A stretch of DNA of 64,000 bases from the human T2T-CHM13v2.0 reference genome, Homo sapiens, in NCBI RefSeq assembly GCF_009914755.1, contig NC_060925.1; one strand, given 5' to 3'. A program made the position numbers and the translations under genes. Of the stretch, positions 1-13,722 are shown piece by piece. Position 1 is the stretch's first letter, and every line of letters starts with the position of its first letter. The notes under the pieces were generated by a model. The model saw nothing but the letters and a program-made list of their open reading frames with translations. It was not told the DNA's origin and searched no databases.

Positions 1-1359
1 ATACATATAAAACACTTAGAACAATGCCTGGCCTGGTGAAATCACTCGGTAAACATAGCTGTCATATTTTTGAGTCAATGACCTCTATATGTTCTCCGTC
101 TACTTTCATAGTCAAGAGACCATTATTAGATAATGGACTTAAAGTGCTTTGTAAACTATAAAGTGCTGAAGAGATTTAGGGACAAATGTTGCTATTAAAA
201 ATAGGTAAAACTGTCTTTGGGGAGCACAGGCTGCACCTTCAGGGCCTCCCCATGTGTTAAGAGCTCCCTGCTCCTCACTGGGTAGCCCTGGGGCTCTTCC
301 TCTGGTACTGCTCTATCATCAGACCCCATCCCTTCCCCTTATTTCCTTTGTAAAACTATCCAGTCTGGCGTCCCAGGGCCCTGCAGCTGCTGGGTGAGGA
401 TCAGCTGATCCCATGGAAATTGTGGGTTTTTTCTCGGGAACCTGGAGATGCACAGTGCCTTTTCTGCAGAAGGGGCTCTAATGGCAGGTGTTTTGGGCCA
501 TGTTGGGATGAGAAACATTTTGCTGTTCCTCATGAAGGAAACTTTTGCTGTTCCCAGCCCATTTTCCTATGCACAGGGCAGCCTCTGTCTTAGAGAAGGG
601 GTAGTACCCCAGAAAGCCTGGTGACCACCCCACTAATTCCTTGAGTTGAGGTCTAAATTCTGGCTCAGGAATTGTTTGTGGCCCACCATGATTGCTCAGA
701 TCCCATCACAGCACAGCTCCCCAGGCCAGGCAATAGGGTGGCACAAAGGCCTTTCCTATCAATAGCTGATGAGTCCATTAGTAAATGGTGCACTGTCTTC
801 CCGTGAGCAATGCCCTCCCTGCTCCCTTGGTCTTTCTCTTTTTTTTTTTTTTTTTTCCCCTCTTGTGACTCCTGTTTGCTGTTGCTTCCCCCTCAGGGTT
901 ACTTGGTTGGTCATGTCCTATGAGGGGTGGATAAGAGACTAGATCCCAGGGGCAAGGGAGCCAGAACGCCTGGCACACTGCCACTGCCCAGAGGCAGGAG
1001 GCTGTGCCCAGGGACTGTGCCTGTCTTCCTTGCCCCAGGGAGGCCCTTCTTAGCAGGGACATGTATGTGCCAGGGGAGAGAGAGTTCTGGCACTGATCTA
1101 GGTTACCTCTTTGCTTGGGACCTATATTGGGGTTCTCTGAGGAGTGAGCATCTGAAGGGGCTGCCAGCAGGAGAAGAAGGGAGGAAGAAGCAGTGGGTTG
1201 AGGTGCACTCTGCTCACAGTTCCGCTTAGGTAGTTAACATGGATCCGTTTAATCATCCTAAAGCTGTGAGTGCTCTTCAGACATCTCAGTGGATGTGATC
1301 AAGCCAGGAGGAAAGGTTTCTCCTGGGCCAAATGAGTCAAATAGGACAATATCGATTTA

Positions 1360-1435
1360 TTTACTAGGTTCAGCAACATTTGTTGTGCCCCTGTGTGCCT
1401 GGCACTGTGCTGGGTGCTGGGATACAGAGTGGAAC
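1360..1435 (-). mobile_element. L2 LINE 3' end fragment
   Basis: caacatttgttgtgcccctgtgtgcctggcactgtgctgggtgctgggatacag matches the reverse complement of the L2 tail. Confidence 0.7.
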
Positions 1436-1503
1436 CCATTGGCATAACTGAGGCTGTGCCCTGGACATAACTTTGCAATTGTTACTCCGACCTGATTTGT
1501 AGG

Positions 1504-2040
1504 AATAGCTTTACTTAGATAAAATTGACATACAATAAACTGTACATATTAAAAGTGTACAATTTGATAAGTTTTGACATAAGTATATACCCATGAAGCC
1601 ACCACACCAATCAAGACAGTGGACATCCCTATCACCCTGAAAAGCTTTCTCAAGTCCCTTTATAATACCTGTCACTTCTCCCTCATTCCAATTCTCAGTT
1701 CACTACAGATCTGCTTTCTACAGATTGGATAAAATTTTCTAGGATTTTATATGAGTGGAATCATACAGCATGTATTCTTTTTTTGTCTGGTACCTTTCAT
1801 TCAGAAGAAATATTTTATGATTCATTAATGTTGTTGAATGTATCAATAGTTCATTCCTTTTTATTGTTGTGTAGTATTCCACTGAATGGATATAACACAA
1901 GTTGTTTATCTTTTCATTTGCTGCTGGACTTTTGGGTTGGTTGCAGTTTTTGGAAAGCTGCCGTGAACATTCATGCCTTAGTCTTTGTGTGGGGTTATGC
2001 TTTCATTTCCTTTGAGCAAATATGTAGGAGTGGAATGACT
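1504..2040 (-). mobile_element. Old L1M (L1MB/MC-like) 3' end
   Basis: Typical antisense L1M 3' UTR text: aaattgacatacaataaactgtacatattaaaagtgtacaattt...gtggaatcatacagcatgt...gtagtattccactgaatggatata. Confidence 0.85.
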
Positions 2041-3349
2041 CCTACCAGTTTGATAGAGTTAAATGTCCAGCATCTGCAAAGAATCTTGGATTGGCCCAAT
2101 CTTCCAGAATCCCACCAGGATGCTCTTGGGTTCTTGGGAAGTTTTTTGTTTTGTTTTGTTGAGGAGAAAACAGGTGGACATGCACAGGAACCCTAGAGAC
2201 AAACAGAAATTGGTGGGGGTGCTTTGTAAATAACCACAGCTAAAAATTGTTTTCCTTTGAGCCAGTGGTATATCGTCCTTTACAAGATAACTGTCAAGGT
2301 TTATCAGCTAGTCATTACCTTTGACCTCCAGGCTGCCATCCTGGAGCATAGCTGTGGCCAGAGAAAAGGCCTTGTCCAGCTTCCTGGCATCTAAGGGGTT
2401 TGTTTGGGCCTGGGAGAGATGTGAACACCTGGCTCACACCTGGCTCCAGATGCCAGGGCAGCTGAGCTGCCGCTGGTGGGCACTGTAGTGTCAGTTCCAG
2501 CTGTGAATAAACACAGAGAGCAAACAGTCCTCACCACTCTAACCCAGGCTCCTGACAGACTTTGTACATCATTCCATTTGGTGCCTGGGTACCCTTCCTT
2601 TCTCCCAGCTCTGAGTCCTGGTACAGGAGTGGCTCACCTGGGTAGTGGCTCAGGGTACCTCCTTTTCATCCGGGTAGCTGGGCTCAACCTGGCTGGGGCT
2701 CAGCTGCTCTTATCTTGGAGGCTCTGAGAAGTAGCTCCAGAGACCTAAATCCAAGAGAAATGAGGAGTAGGGGCCCTAGGATTCTCAGCACCTCCAGTGA
2801 CTTATTAATTGGTTAATTTTCCGATTAATCAACAACCAGTTTTTGGGCAAAGAAACTGCTGGGTGCTTGGGTTATAGGGGGAACAAATGCAGATGCCTTT
2901 GAGGTGCTTATGGTCCAGAAGGCAGCCCAACAAGAAGGCAATGAACGGCACACTCACCATGAGGAGATCAGACAAGCTCCAGGGACCGCAGGGTAGGGGG
3001 ACCTAACTGCATCCTGCTGTGTGCAGGAAGATGGCTAGGATGCTCTCAGAGAGGTCTGTGCTCCCTGACCAAAGACGGCAGGCACTGGTGGGGATCGCAG
3101 CTTAATAACACAGTGCCATAAGGCAGGGTGAGAAGGCTTTCTATGGTTAGAAAAAACCCCACTTTTCTCCTTTCTTTTCCTCTTCCTGACGTTGCTTCTC
3201 TACTCTTATTGTCACAGGAACCTGCCATCCTTGTCAGAAGAGTCAATTGAGAAGAAAATGCAAATGCATTTGAGCTGTGTGTGCTAAAGCCATGACAGGG
3301 AAAAGGTGCAGGAAACAGAGCCCAAAATTGGTTACCAAAATTCACTGAA

Positions 3350-3565
3350 TAACAATATTCATAGCAGCTAACATTTTTTGAGCATGTAAAATGTGCCAGG
3401 TACAGAGCCTAGTGCTTTACTTATGTGACTTCATTTAAACTCCCCAACAATAGGAGCGGGTATTATGATGATCTCAATTTTACAGATGGGGAAACTGAGT
3501 CACCAGGGAGGGAGGTTTGCTCAAGGTCAGGGAGCTCCTGAGATGGCAGTGCCAAAATGTGAATC
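3350..3565 (-). mobile_element. MIR SINE
   Basis: MIR core in antisense: attttacagatggggaaactgagtc...tgctcaaggtca. Confidence 0.85.
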
Positions 3566-4046
3566 TAAACTGTGTTAAAAGGTGTGTACCATGGGCAGGG
3601 CAGCAGTGAGTATAGTGGGTGGGGGGCTAACCCTGCCTAAGGGTCGGTGAGAGCTTCCCCAGGATGTGGCATTTGAGCTGAAGGAAAAGTACTCCAGGCT
3701 AAGGAAAAAGGTGCAGGTGATAAAGGCATTCAAGGAGAGGAAGATTTTTTTTTCAAAGTCAGGGTTCCAGGCTTAAGAGAGGAGGATTTTTGAGTGCAAT
3801 GGCAGGCCAGAGGAGCGAGTCTCTTATGACTGGAGTGTGAGGTTCTCAGCAAGAGAGGCCTCTAGGTTAGGTAGCATCCATACAGGCCACAACCGGGTGA
3901 AAACTGATAGTGTGGTCTGTTCACTGACTGGGGTGCCCGCTGCTAGCTTCCTCACCTGGCTAAGCCTGAGGCTGGATGACCAAGGATGAAAAAGGAGCTG
4001 AGGTTTGAGACCCAGGGCATTTACAATCCAAGGCAGGGGGAGTTCT

Positions 4047-4090
4047 TATCGTCATCATCATCATCACCACCATCATCATTATTATTCTTT
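4047..4090. repeat. (CAT)n/(TAT)n microsatellite
   Basis: tcatcatcatcatcaccaccatcatcattattatt. Confidence 0.85.
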
Positions 4091-5444
4091 ATTCCAAGGA
4101 AATTTTGCATGAAAATCTGAAATAAAACTAACAAAAGAGAAGCTGCTCTGCTTGAATTAGGGGTGGGGCAGGGCCCTGAACCCCGACTGCTAGGTCCCTT
4201 TATTCCCTGCTCCTTCGACCTCCCTAGCTCTCCACAGCAGTCTGGTCCTTAGTGGCTATAGTTGTTAATGTTTCCAATGCTGCCTAGTAGAGGTCCAGTT
4301 GCTCTGACCCCACTGGATATATCTTCTGGCCCCCTTCTCTCCAGCATGCAGGCCAAGTGACACAGCCCAATTTGGTCCCTGCTCAAGAAACTGATCTCCT
4401 TGCTCTCTACTCTGACCTCTGGGTCTTTTACCAACATCAGCTCTGGAGCAGGGCCAAAGGCCCAGGGCCTCTACCTGACCAATTGGACACTAAGCCATGA
4501 AAAACGAACTCCCCTATCAGATCCTGGGGCCTCTCAGGCTTCGGACTAGGCTTGCCCTTCTGACCCAAGCTCCTGTCCTCCGGTTGCTGGGGCAAAAGGA
4601 TGAGCAGGGCTGTGTACACCTCAGGGACCCTTCAATCACCCCAACAGCACGAGCTGGGACTAGACTTGGAAAGGAGAGAGAGAGAGGCTACCCAAAGGCA
4701 GGGAGAGAGTGAGTCAAAAGGGGCAGGTGAACAAGAAGCTGTTTTCTGCAAGGTCAGGGAACAAACTGCCATCAGGCCTGAATGCTCAGGGTCGCAGATT
4801 CATTTTCACTGCCCCAGGTCAGCGTGGACCCGCTCCAAACTGTCTCCCAGCACCTGAGGACATTAGTGGTGCAAGCAGATTCTCTTCATACAAGCACATG
4901 ATTGCTAATGTATACTCCGGCACTGTGCTCAGTGTTGAAGACAGAGATGTAGTTGGGAGAGAGGGGAACAAAAAGCAAAAAGACATGTAGATCTAGGACT
5001 GTCAGATGGAAATATCAAGAGCCACCTCTTAGAATGCTGAGGGGACTGGATGAATATCGCATGTATATGCACCTAGCTCTAAGCCTACTGCCTGGCAAGC
5101 TTTCAATAAACAGAGCTGTGAAATAAACAGGAAACTAATAGAAGTATTTGCTATGGGATCACAGAGGAGGGTGCACTTCAACTGGGGTGGAGGATGGAGC
5201 TAAGCAAAGGGAAGAGGGGAAGATCTTATCTCTCAGGAGCAGCTGGAGCTGAGTCATATAGAATAAATGGAATCTCCCAAAGCAGAGAAGAGATTTGTTT
5301 GTAGAGTGGAAGAAGGATATGGAGAAGAGCCTTCCAGGCACGTGCAAAAGAAGGCAGGGATGTGAGTGTCAGCCAGGTTTATCTGGCAAACTCCAAGCTT
5401 GAAGGCTCTGGCCTACACGACATCAGGAACCCTTCAACACAACA

Positions 5445-5610
5445 TTGTATAATGGAGAGTTGCTTTAGACTCAGACAGACCAAAGTTCTGTGGCCCTGGT
5501 GCATTTCTTAACCTTTCTGAGTCTCAATTCCTCAACTCAAAAGGGGAGTTTGCTGTCTACTTTGCTAGAGTGTTGTGATGCAAGAGTGAAATGAACCCAT
5601 GCAGTCACAG
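5445..5610 (+). mobile_element. MIR SINE fragment
   Basis: cttaacctttctgagtctcaattcctca...tgttgtgatg. Confidence 0.6.
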
Positions 5611-6869
5611 GACATGGCCCATGGAACTTTGCTCCTGGTTTCTCTAGGAGGAACAGAACCTGAGACTTGGAATTCTGGAAAGGAGGTGTTGGGAGTAGTT
5701 GGCTCCAGTCCCCTCTCAATGCGGAAGTCCCTCTACAGCAGTGCTTCCAGGTGATTGTCCATTTCAGGATTCTGTGCACCATTTCAGGATTCTGCAAATG
5801 TTGCTGGACCATTACAACCTTGACTTCAGTCATTTATGGCATCCCACTCTCGCTATGTCCTAGGGGAGAGGTAAAAGGGGGAAGAGAGCAATTAGGAATA
5901 GTGACCACTGGCCCATGGATGCAGAGTCTTAGTAGGGCCTCAGAAGCTGCTGATCCTACTCCTGACTTGTACAGGTACAGAGGACTGTGATTTGCCCAAG
6001 GTCACCCAAGTGAGTTACTGGCAGGTCTTCTGATTTCCCTTGGCAGGGCTGTTCTACAGCAGCCTTTGGCTTAGCTGGCTGCAGCCTAGTGACATCACAG
6101 GGGAATTGGCCAATCCCTGCAGGCTCTACTCCTGGGATGTATGGCTTTGTCCTTGGAGAGTCCTCCACTGTGTGTCACTCCTATCATCATTACTAACCTG
6201 GAATTCTGGCGATATGGGATGGACCAGGCTGAACTGAGTGCTGTGACTGAGGCCTTGTCCCTGTATGGTCAGGGAGACTGGTGCAGAAGGGGTAGACTGG
6301 AGCAGGCTGGTGGGACTGAACCCACTGATGGGGTTGGGATAGGCTGGCAGTAGTTTTAGGAAGGGTATCACACTGAGGAATCTGAAAGGTGTGCAGCTTC
6401 AGCTAAGAAGGCAGTGCTGGAGGCTGGGCACAGGTAGCAAGGTATTCCCACATGGCAGAGCCCAGAGACCCCATGGAGTCCTGGCATAATGGAACAACCA
6501 GGCATCAACACTGGGGTATCTCTCATACTAGATCCTGATGGGCAGTCACTGGCAAGGGCAAAGCAGAGCCCTAAGCCTCCTGCAGGAGGAACCAGCCACT
6601 GGCTGGCTTTCCAGATGTGGGCTCAGGCCCTGGGAACCAGGGAATGGTTAGTTGTGCCTGACTGAGGTGCTACTAGGGTCAGGCAGTCCAGCTATGGGGA
6701 AAGGAAGCCACAGACCCTGGGAATCATGCAGACCATAGGCAGGCTGAGAAAGAAGGGGCAGGGCCTTCTGATCCCAGCCCCTCTGTCTCAGATTGACTCA
6801 TTCAGTCCAGCAGGGCCCTATTGGGCAGAGATCACAGTTCACAGCAGAATTAGGTGAGAGATGAGACCT

Positions 6870-7050
6870 TGGAGTACTGGAGTGCATCCTGGACCAGCTA
6901 TACTACTCAACTTGCTGGGTAACCTCTGGTAATTCTTTTAGCCTCTCTGAGCCTTGATTTTCCATCTGTAAACTGGGGGATCATACCCTGCTATGCCCTC
7001 CACACAGGTGGAGGTTTGTGGGTTAAAATGAAAGGTATGCAGATTCACAC
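6870..7050 (+). mobile_element. MIR SINE
   Basis: ttagcctctctgagccttgattttccatctgtaaactggggga. Confidence 0.75.
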
Positions 7051-7510
7051 TGAAGTGACGAGCTGCCTCCTATCTCATTATGAGTCGTCCATCTGTGAGT
7101 CCCCTGGAGCAAGGACTCTGGCTTCCCCTGCGTCTCCCACAGTGTCTAGGATGGGGCTGTGTCCCGCTGTGCAGACCGACTGAGAGGACGGGCCGCAGCT
7201 GAGGCCAGCCTGCAGGGCCCTGGCAGCCGGTGAGGTTGCTGACGAGGGAACAGCCTGGTGATGGATGACGCTGCCAGCCTTTGCCCATCTGGCAGCCTGA
7301 GCAATTTGCATAAAAACAAAGACAGCTCCAGCGGCATGAAATATTGATGCCCTGAGACTTTCCAGAGTGGCGTCTCGGTCTCACTCAGCAAGGGCCCGGC
7401 TCCTGGCCCCGTGGTAATGGCGCCTCCTGCCTGTTGAGTTTGTTTCCAAAGGGCTGCAGGGAGGGAGAGTTGTCCTGGCCGAGGGGGCCACCTGGGAGTC
7501 CTTGTCGACA
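7050..7510. promoter_or_regulatory. Candidate enhancer with SOX-POU composite site
   Basis: Repeat-free and CpG-retaining; ATTTGCAT-AAA-AACAAAG at 7304-7321, CATCTG E-boxes, TGACG half-sites. Confidence 0.5.
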
Positions 7511-9282
7511 TACATTAGTCTTGGGTTTCAGGTGATACTGACTTTAATCAAACTGGGTTGGAAAAAAACACATTGGATGAGGTTCTGAATGGCTCAGTTT
7601 CCAGTCTGATGAAGGCAGATGGGAGCTCAGTCCTCTCAGCAGGCCCAGGCCTCCCTCTCTGACCCTCACAAAGAAACCCACTGACCACATGGCAACCTGT
7701 CAAGAGTGACAGGATGGGGATGGGGAGACCCATCCCTGAGGAAGCTGTAAGATGGGGAGGGGTGTAATTATGGGGGTGTATTCTCATCAGCATCTTGAAG
7801 GAGCCTGGTAATGAAAAATGCCCACACAGTCCAGCAGTCATGCAGGGCAAACCCTTGCCTCCGTCATTTGTAGATCCCTCTTCTAACAACGGAGCAGTGA
7901 GCAAGGTTGGAGGCAGCCCCCTCCCTCCCTCCCGCCCCTGAGTCCTATGGTGGAAAGGGGAGGGTGCTTTAGGTACAGGCACATTTTGGGTCTTTGTCCT
8001 CAGGGCAAGGCCAGGACTCTGTTTCTGTAGTTTGGCTTCTCCCAGGAGGTGGGGGTGGTCACATAAAATCCGAGCTCCCTTCTCAGCTCTGTCGCTGCAG
8101 GCGTTCCCTTCTGGCCTGGAACCCTCCATCTCCATCTGCCAAAAGAGTGTGAACGTTCAGCTCCAGCCAGATTCCTACCGCTAGTGCAGGCCAGTCCTAA
8201 TAGGTCTCTCCGTGTGAGCTCCTCCAGGATGCCGGCCAAGGCTTAGTCATCTTTGTATCCTCACGGCCTGGTGCACAGGAGCCACCTGAACAATGCTGGA
8301 TGAAATTAACAGAATTTTGGAGTGTGGGGTGGGTCAGGGCCCCAGGCTGACCAATAGGAGGAAGGGAACATTCACAGGCCAATGGCAAAGACTGTCAGCT
8401 CCAGTTGGAGAGGTTTAGTAGGGGGAGTGGGGCTTCTCCTCTAAATCTGAAAGCTCCCTGCAGTGGTTGGTTGATGAGCCTTAGGAATCTTCCTCTCTGG
8501 CCAGGGGTCCTCCTTTCCATCAGAGCTGCATCAGGCCAGTATTTTGAGTCTTTTGTTTTTTATTTTCCTCCTATCTAAAAAGAAATACATAGTCACAATA
8601 GAAAAATTGTAAAAAAGTAGAAGAGTATTAAAAAAACAACCACAGTGTTCTCAACAACTTGAGTCATTTCTTAACATTTATTTTAAATATGGCTGACTTG
8701 GCTGGGTTGGGGGTTGGACAAGTCCCCACTCCACATTCTGTGAGCAAGTGATGCCAACCCCACACCCACCTGCCCACCCCTTGACCCACAAAGCAAACCC
8801 CTTGATCCAGTATTTCCCATCCCAAAGGTGGCCCTTGGTAGACAATGGTTCAATATGAGAACTGCTTGCCTGTTCTGGGTGGGCCCTGCAAGGTCTTTGT
8901 GAATAGGCAGAAGAACCCAGATCCATTTGGGTCACTCTCTTTACTTTGTTAGGTAACCCGGCACTGGCAGTGCCCCACTTGAGCAGGGCCAGGACACTGA
9001 TTCCTTACTCAAACTGTCAAGAGTGACAGTTTGAGTCTGCGGGAAGGGAGAGGGGAGAAGAACGATGGCTACATAGAAGGTCATCTTGCCCTGTAGGAAA
9101 GACTATTAATTTAGGGTCTTTTCTGAGGCCAGAGATTTAGTAATCTATTTCAGTCTTTTCTCCACACAGCAGCCCATGGAGTTATTCCAGTATCCAAATC
9201 AGATCTGTCACTCCCCTCCTCAAAATTCTTCAGTGACTCAACATCTGCTATAGGACAAAACTGAAATTCCCTTCATGGTATA

Positions 9283-9848
9283 TGTGACTTGTTGTCCCTA
9301 AGTATTGGTTCTCCTTTCTTTCTTATTAACATAATTTTTGGGCCTGTAATCCGAGCACTTTGGGAGGCTGAGGCAAGAGGACTGCCTGAAGCCAGGAGTT
9401 TGAGACCAGCCTGGGCAATAAAGTGAGATTCCTTCTCTATAAAAATCCAAAAAAACATAGCTGGGCAAAGTGGTGCATGCCTGTAGTCCCAGCTACCCAG
9501 GAGGCTTGAACCCAGGAGTTTGAGGCTGCAGTTAACTATGATTGCGCTGCTGCACTCAAATCCAGCCTTGTTGACAGCGATGCCCTGTCTCCAAGAAAAA
9601 AAAATCTAACAGGACAAAACAATGCAAAAAACCCCATAACTTTTGGTTAGGCGTAAAGTTGCAAGAAGAAAGACCTTATTTCTCAACCTCCCTTGTAGCA
9701 TAGATCAGCTGACTCCCAGCAGACCCTCAGATATAGGAGCAAACCTGGCCAACATCAGCTGACCTACAGGTGCATGAAAAATAAATGATTGTGGTTTTAA
9801 CCACTGAGTTTGGGGGTGGTCTGTAATGTTACAATATCTAACTGATAT
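9283..9848 (+). mobile_element. MLT1-type (MaLR) LTR interrupted by an AluJ
   Basis: MLT1 3' end aataaatgattgtggttttaaccactgagtttggggtggtctgtaatgttacaatatctaactgatata. Confidence 0.7.
9341..9631 (+). mobile_element. AluJ (5'-truncated, small internal deletion)
   Basis: gcctgtaatccgagcactttgggagg...gagtttgaggctgcagt; A-rich tail; imperfect TSD cataattttt/cataactttt. Confidence 0.92.
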
Positions 9849-10059
9849 AATATCTGTCCTCCAATTCCCAAACTGGGCAAGAAGGTAATAGTCAAGCTAC
9901 ATGATTAATATATGATGGATCAGAGCAGAGACACAAAGGTAAAAGAAAGCGAATGTGAACAAGACCAAAAACACTCAATGGTAAATGAATACAGGGTTTA
10001 CACATACACGAATACTGTATCAGTCAGAAGAGAAATTAGTTGGAAATTGAAGCAGAAGA

Positions 10060-10600
10060 AAGGAGAATTAGTCAGGTAAAATCAGCTGAGCCTATCTCAC
10101 TCCTGTCTGGATGGAGCTCATCTGGCAAATGTTAGGAGGAGCCAGTCTGTTGATGAGTAAGCCCTAACATGCACATGGCAGGCTAGAAAAGCCCAATAGC
10201 ATTAGGCAATCAAGTGCTTTAATTAACTCATCTTGGTCAATTCTTCAATGTTTCTATAATGTGGCTCCCATGGAGAGATTGTGATCAGCTTGAATAAGTT
10301 TCCAATCCATTTGACAGTTATATTTCTCTTTGTGATTTAATTGACATTCTGGTCTTATTTATTGGTCTTCATCGCAGCCGTGTTAGTGTGCATCAGTATT
10401 CCCAAATCTGATCAAATTTGATTCGGGATCCTGATAGAGTTTGAGTTTATGAGTCTGCAAGGATGAGAGCTAAAACCTTGTTGGCAACGAGCTCATCAGA
10501 ATAAAAGCTGCTTTCTGATGTCCAGCCAGCTGGCCTCATGTAGCCTCTGAATTAATATCCACCTTTCTTTGCATTTCTATGGTTAATGTTGTTATCCAGG
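10060..10600. promoter_or_regulatory. Candidate conserved non-coding element (homeodomain-rich)
   Basis: No repeat signature; TCAAGTG 10210, TTAATTAA 10219, TGACAG 10312, CTTTGT 10328, TTAATTG 10337. Confidence 0.4.
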
Positions 10601-11515
10601 CATATGCAAGTCTTGGGTGAGATCAGGGGAGTGACTGCTCATGGTTAGTAAAAAAAACTGGAGGGGGGAGGCACTAAGCTTTACCCACATATTCAAAGAC
10701 ACGCTATCTAATGGTACCTTTCCAGTCCTCTATATCTCACTTAGAAAGACAATACTAGGATGTTGTTTCAGAAAGCGTCTTTCAAGACTATCTACTCCAA
10801 CCTTCTTACCTTATAGACATGGACACTCAGGCTTAGAGAGTTTACATAAGTTGTCCAAACTCACACAGCCCCTGAATCCTCCACACAGGAGAGCCACAGA
10901 TTCATTCTCACTGTGGAATAGCCAATAGCCTCAGTACATCCTCAGGGCAGGTGCCATGCCTGTGTTTAGCACCAAGAGCCTGGTGCTGTGTATGCCCATT
11001 GGGGTCTCAGCATGTGCTGCTGGCTGAGATTTGGGATTGGGGAATGGTCTGTAAACCCTGTTCCTCAGTCCTGGGTTTGGCTGGTTGGGGCTTCCCTTCT
11101 GCCATCCATTCTCTCAAGCTGTGATCTTGGCAGGAGAAATCCACTTATTTGTGCTTCATTACCTGCACTGTCTTTCCAACTGGTCACACTCCCAGAATGT
11201 AATAAGAAAAGCTTTCCTGATTGGGGAGCCGTGGAGATTTCTTTCCTTTGTATTTTCTACCTCTCTCCCTCCTCCAAAATATGTTCACTCTTGGCACCTA
11301 ATGTGAACTGAGTCCTCACAGCTCTGGGAAGCTTTAGGGGCAATGGAATGATCTCAATGTGATTCCAGGTCTCAATATGGTACAGAGAAAGAGTGCAGAG
11401 CTGGGAGCTAGAAGGCCTGAGGTCCAGTGCCCTGGCTCTGGGATGTTAAATAGCCCATTAGATTTCTTTGGGACCCAGATTCCTTATCTGTAAAATGAAA
11501 ATGTTGAGTTATTCA

Positions 11516-11914
<399 letters not shown>

Positions 11915-13189
11915 TCACTTCCTGATTAACTGAGCTCTGTCCTTGGTGCTGAGATGTTGGGTGTTGCCTCATTGTCCACTGGTTAGCTTCAGGAAAGAAG
12001 AATCAGTGTCACAGAATGGGATGCCATTGAATTTTTGGACAACTTGTAAGACTTAGGTCCAAAAATATCGCTCTAATAAGCAGTCTATTAACTTAGGGTT
12101 GAAGATTTTTCATAAACCTATTGTTAAAAAATTTGAGCTGTAACTCCAGGCCTGCAGGATGGTTTGGCAAAATGTCTTTCATCAATAGTCTGTGTTTTGA
12201 TGGCATGACCGTATATATCCTGGATTTATGGGTACTGTTCCAATTTCAAATATGCTATCACATGTTTCCATAAATCACTGTAATGTCCATTGTGTCATCT
12301 ATATTGTGTCATTTATATTACATCCCCAGGGTGTGTCTTGGTTCTGGAAGTAGTTTAAAAATCTTTTTTTCCAACCATGTGTCTAGGTTTTGGCTGTGAG
12401 AATATGGCTTTGGTACAGGTGTAGTCTGTTTGATATGCCTTGTGTTGAGATTATAAACCCTCTGGATGAAGCTTTACAATTTTCCAGGATTCTTCCTTTC
12501 TCATTAAAACAAAAACGTTCATGACTAGAGGGTATGCCTAGGTTATGATGTGAGCCCCCAATATTCAGGACAAGAAAGCAAAAGAGTATTTCTGCATGGG
12601 TCATGCCTGCCCAACATCACAGAAGAGTTAAAATGGATAAAACATAAGACAAGCGAGATTTGTTTGTCTCCACTGCACTGAGGGCCTCGGTGATCATTCC
12701 CCCAACCCCAACACACTTACTTGGCCTGTTTCTTTGACACTGTATTGACACAATAGTGGTGACAGAATGGGGGTTGTCATACAGTTAATGAATCAGTTTT
12801 CTGATGCTGGCAGACCAGTGATGGCCCAAGAGCAACTGTGGCTCTATTTCAGTGTTCCTCAGAGCCTTGTGGAAAAGTGTCCCACTTCAGCATTCCTCTG
12901 TGCTCATCAATGGCTTTGGTTCAATCTTTTGGGATTGAGCTTCCTCACTCTTCATGTTGGAGAATCCAATTCAAGTTGATCCCAGATATTTAATTCGGGA
13001 AGTGTTTGTTGAGCATCTATCATATGCCTATCATTGTGCCTTGATCATGAGGTATGTAGGAGCTGAGGGCTTACTGGCAGTGAGGGCTTCAGTGGGCAGG
13101 AGTGGCCATAAAGAAGGTGGTGGAGCATGGCTGGGAGAGAACAGGAAGATGATTGCCTGGAAACCCCAAGAAAGGAGGCAGTTGTAAAG

Positions 13190-13410
13190 ATTATGAGTAT
13201 GTACTTTAGAGACAGCCAGTCCCAGGCTCAAGGCCCAACTTAGCTGCTTAATAGCTAGGTGATCTTGGGCAGGTCAGTTGACCCCTCCTAAGCCAAAATA
13301 CACTCACAATGTTGTTGTTGGAATACTCTTATTAAGTTGGAACTATCTTCCTAAGAGAGTTTATGCAGTTTAGTTCAGTGTCCATGAGTGCTCAATAAAA
13401 GGTGGCTCTC
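13190..13410 (+). mobile_element. MIR SINE
   Basis: agctaggtgatcttgggcaggtcagttgacccc...gagtgctcaataaa. Confidence 0.7.
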
Positions 13411-13488
13411 TGATATATATACAACATGTGACTTGTTCAAGAACATGAATCAGGTAATTTAAGATCCATGCTATCTGTCATCTCCCTC

Positions 13489-13722
13489 CTGTCTTCTTGG
13501 ACTAGGAGTTTGTTGAATTTGGTCTTGCAGTTTCTGGTCCCCCTCCAGGATGTGTTAGTGATCTTGTCACATCTTGTCATCTTCCAGGTGTCTGCACATG
13601 GATTTTTGGGACATTTGATCTATATCTTGCCTGGTGCAGACAGATTTGTTGGCTTTGTACCTGGAGGGTTACCTTAGCATATGACTGTTTCAACATGTAC
13701 CCCATCACAATCTTCAGGGATG
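13489..13722 (+). repeat. Donor copy of 234-bp local duplication
   Basis: Aligns without gaps to 14695-14928, 10 mismatches counted by eye (~96% identity). Confidence 0.97.

Noticed and set aside
5759-5794. Short direct repeats (ccatttcaggattctg x2; similar at 21679-21730, 47099-47151, 61291-61336)
   Set aside because: Ordinary slippage-type micro-duplications with no further structure
7548-8135. 195-aa minus-strand ORF
   Set aside because: No domain or codon-like signal recognised; chance ORF in GC-moderate DNA
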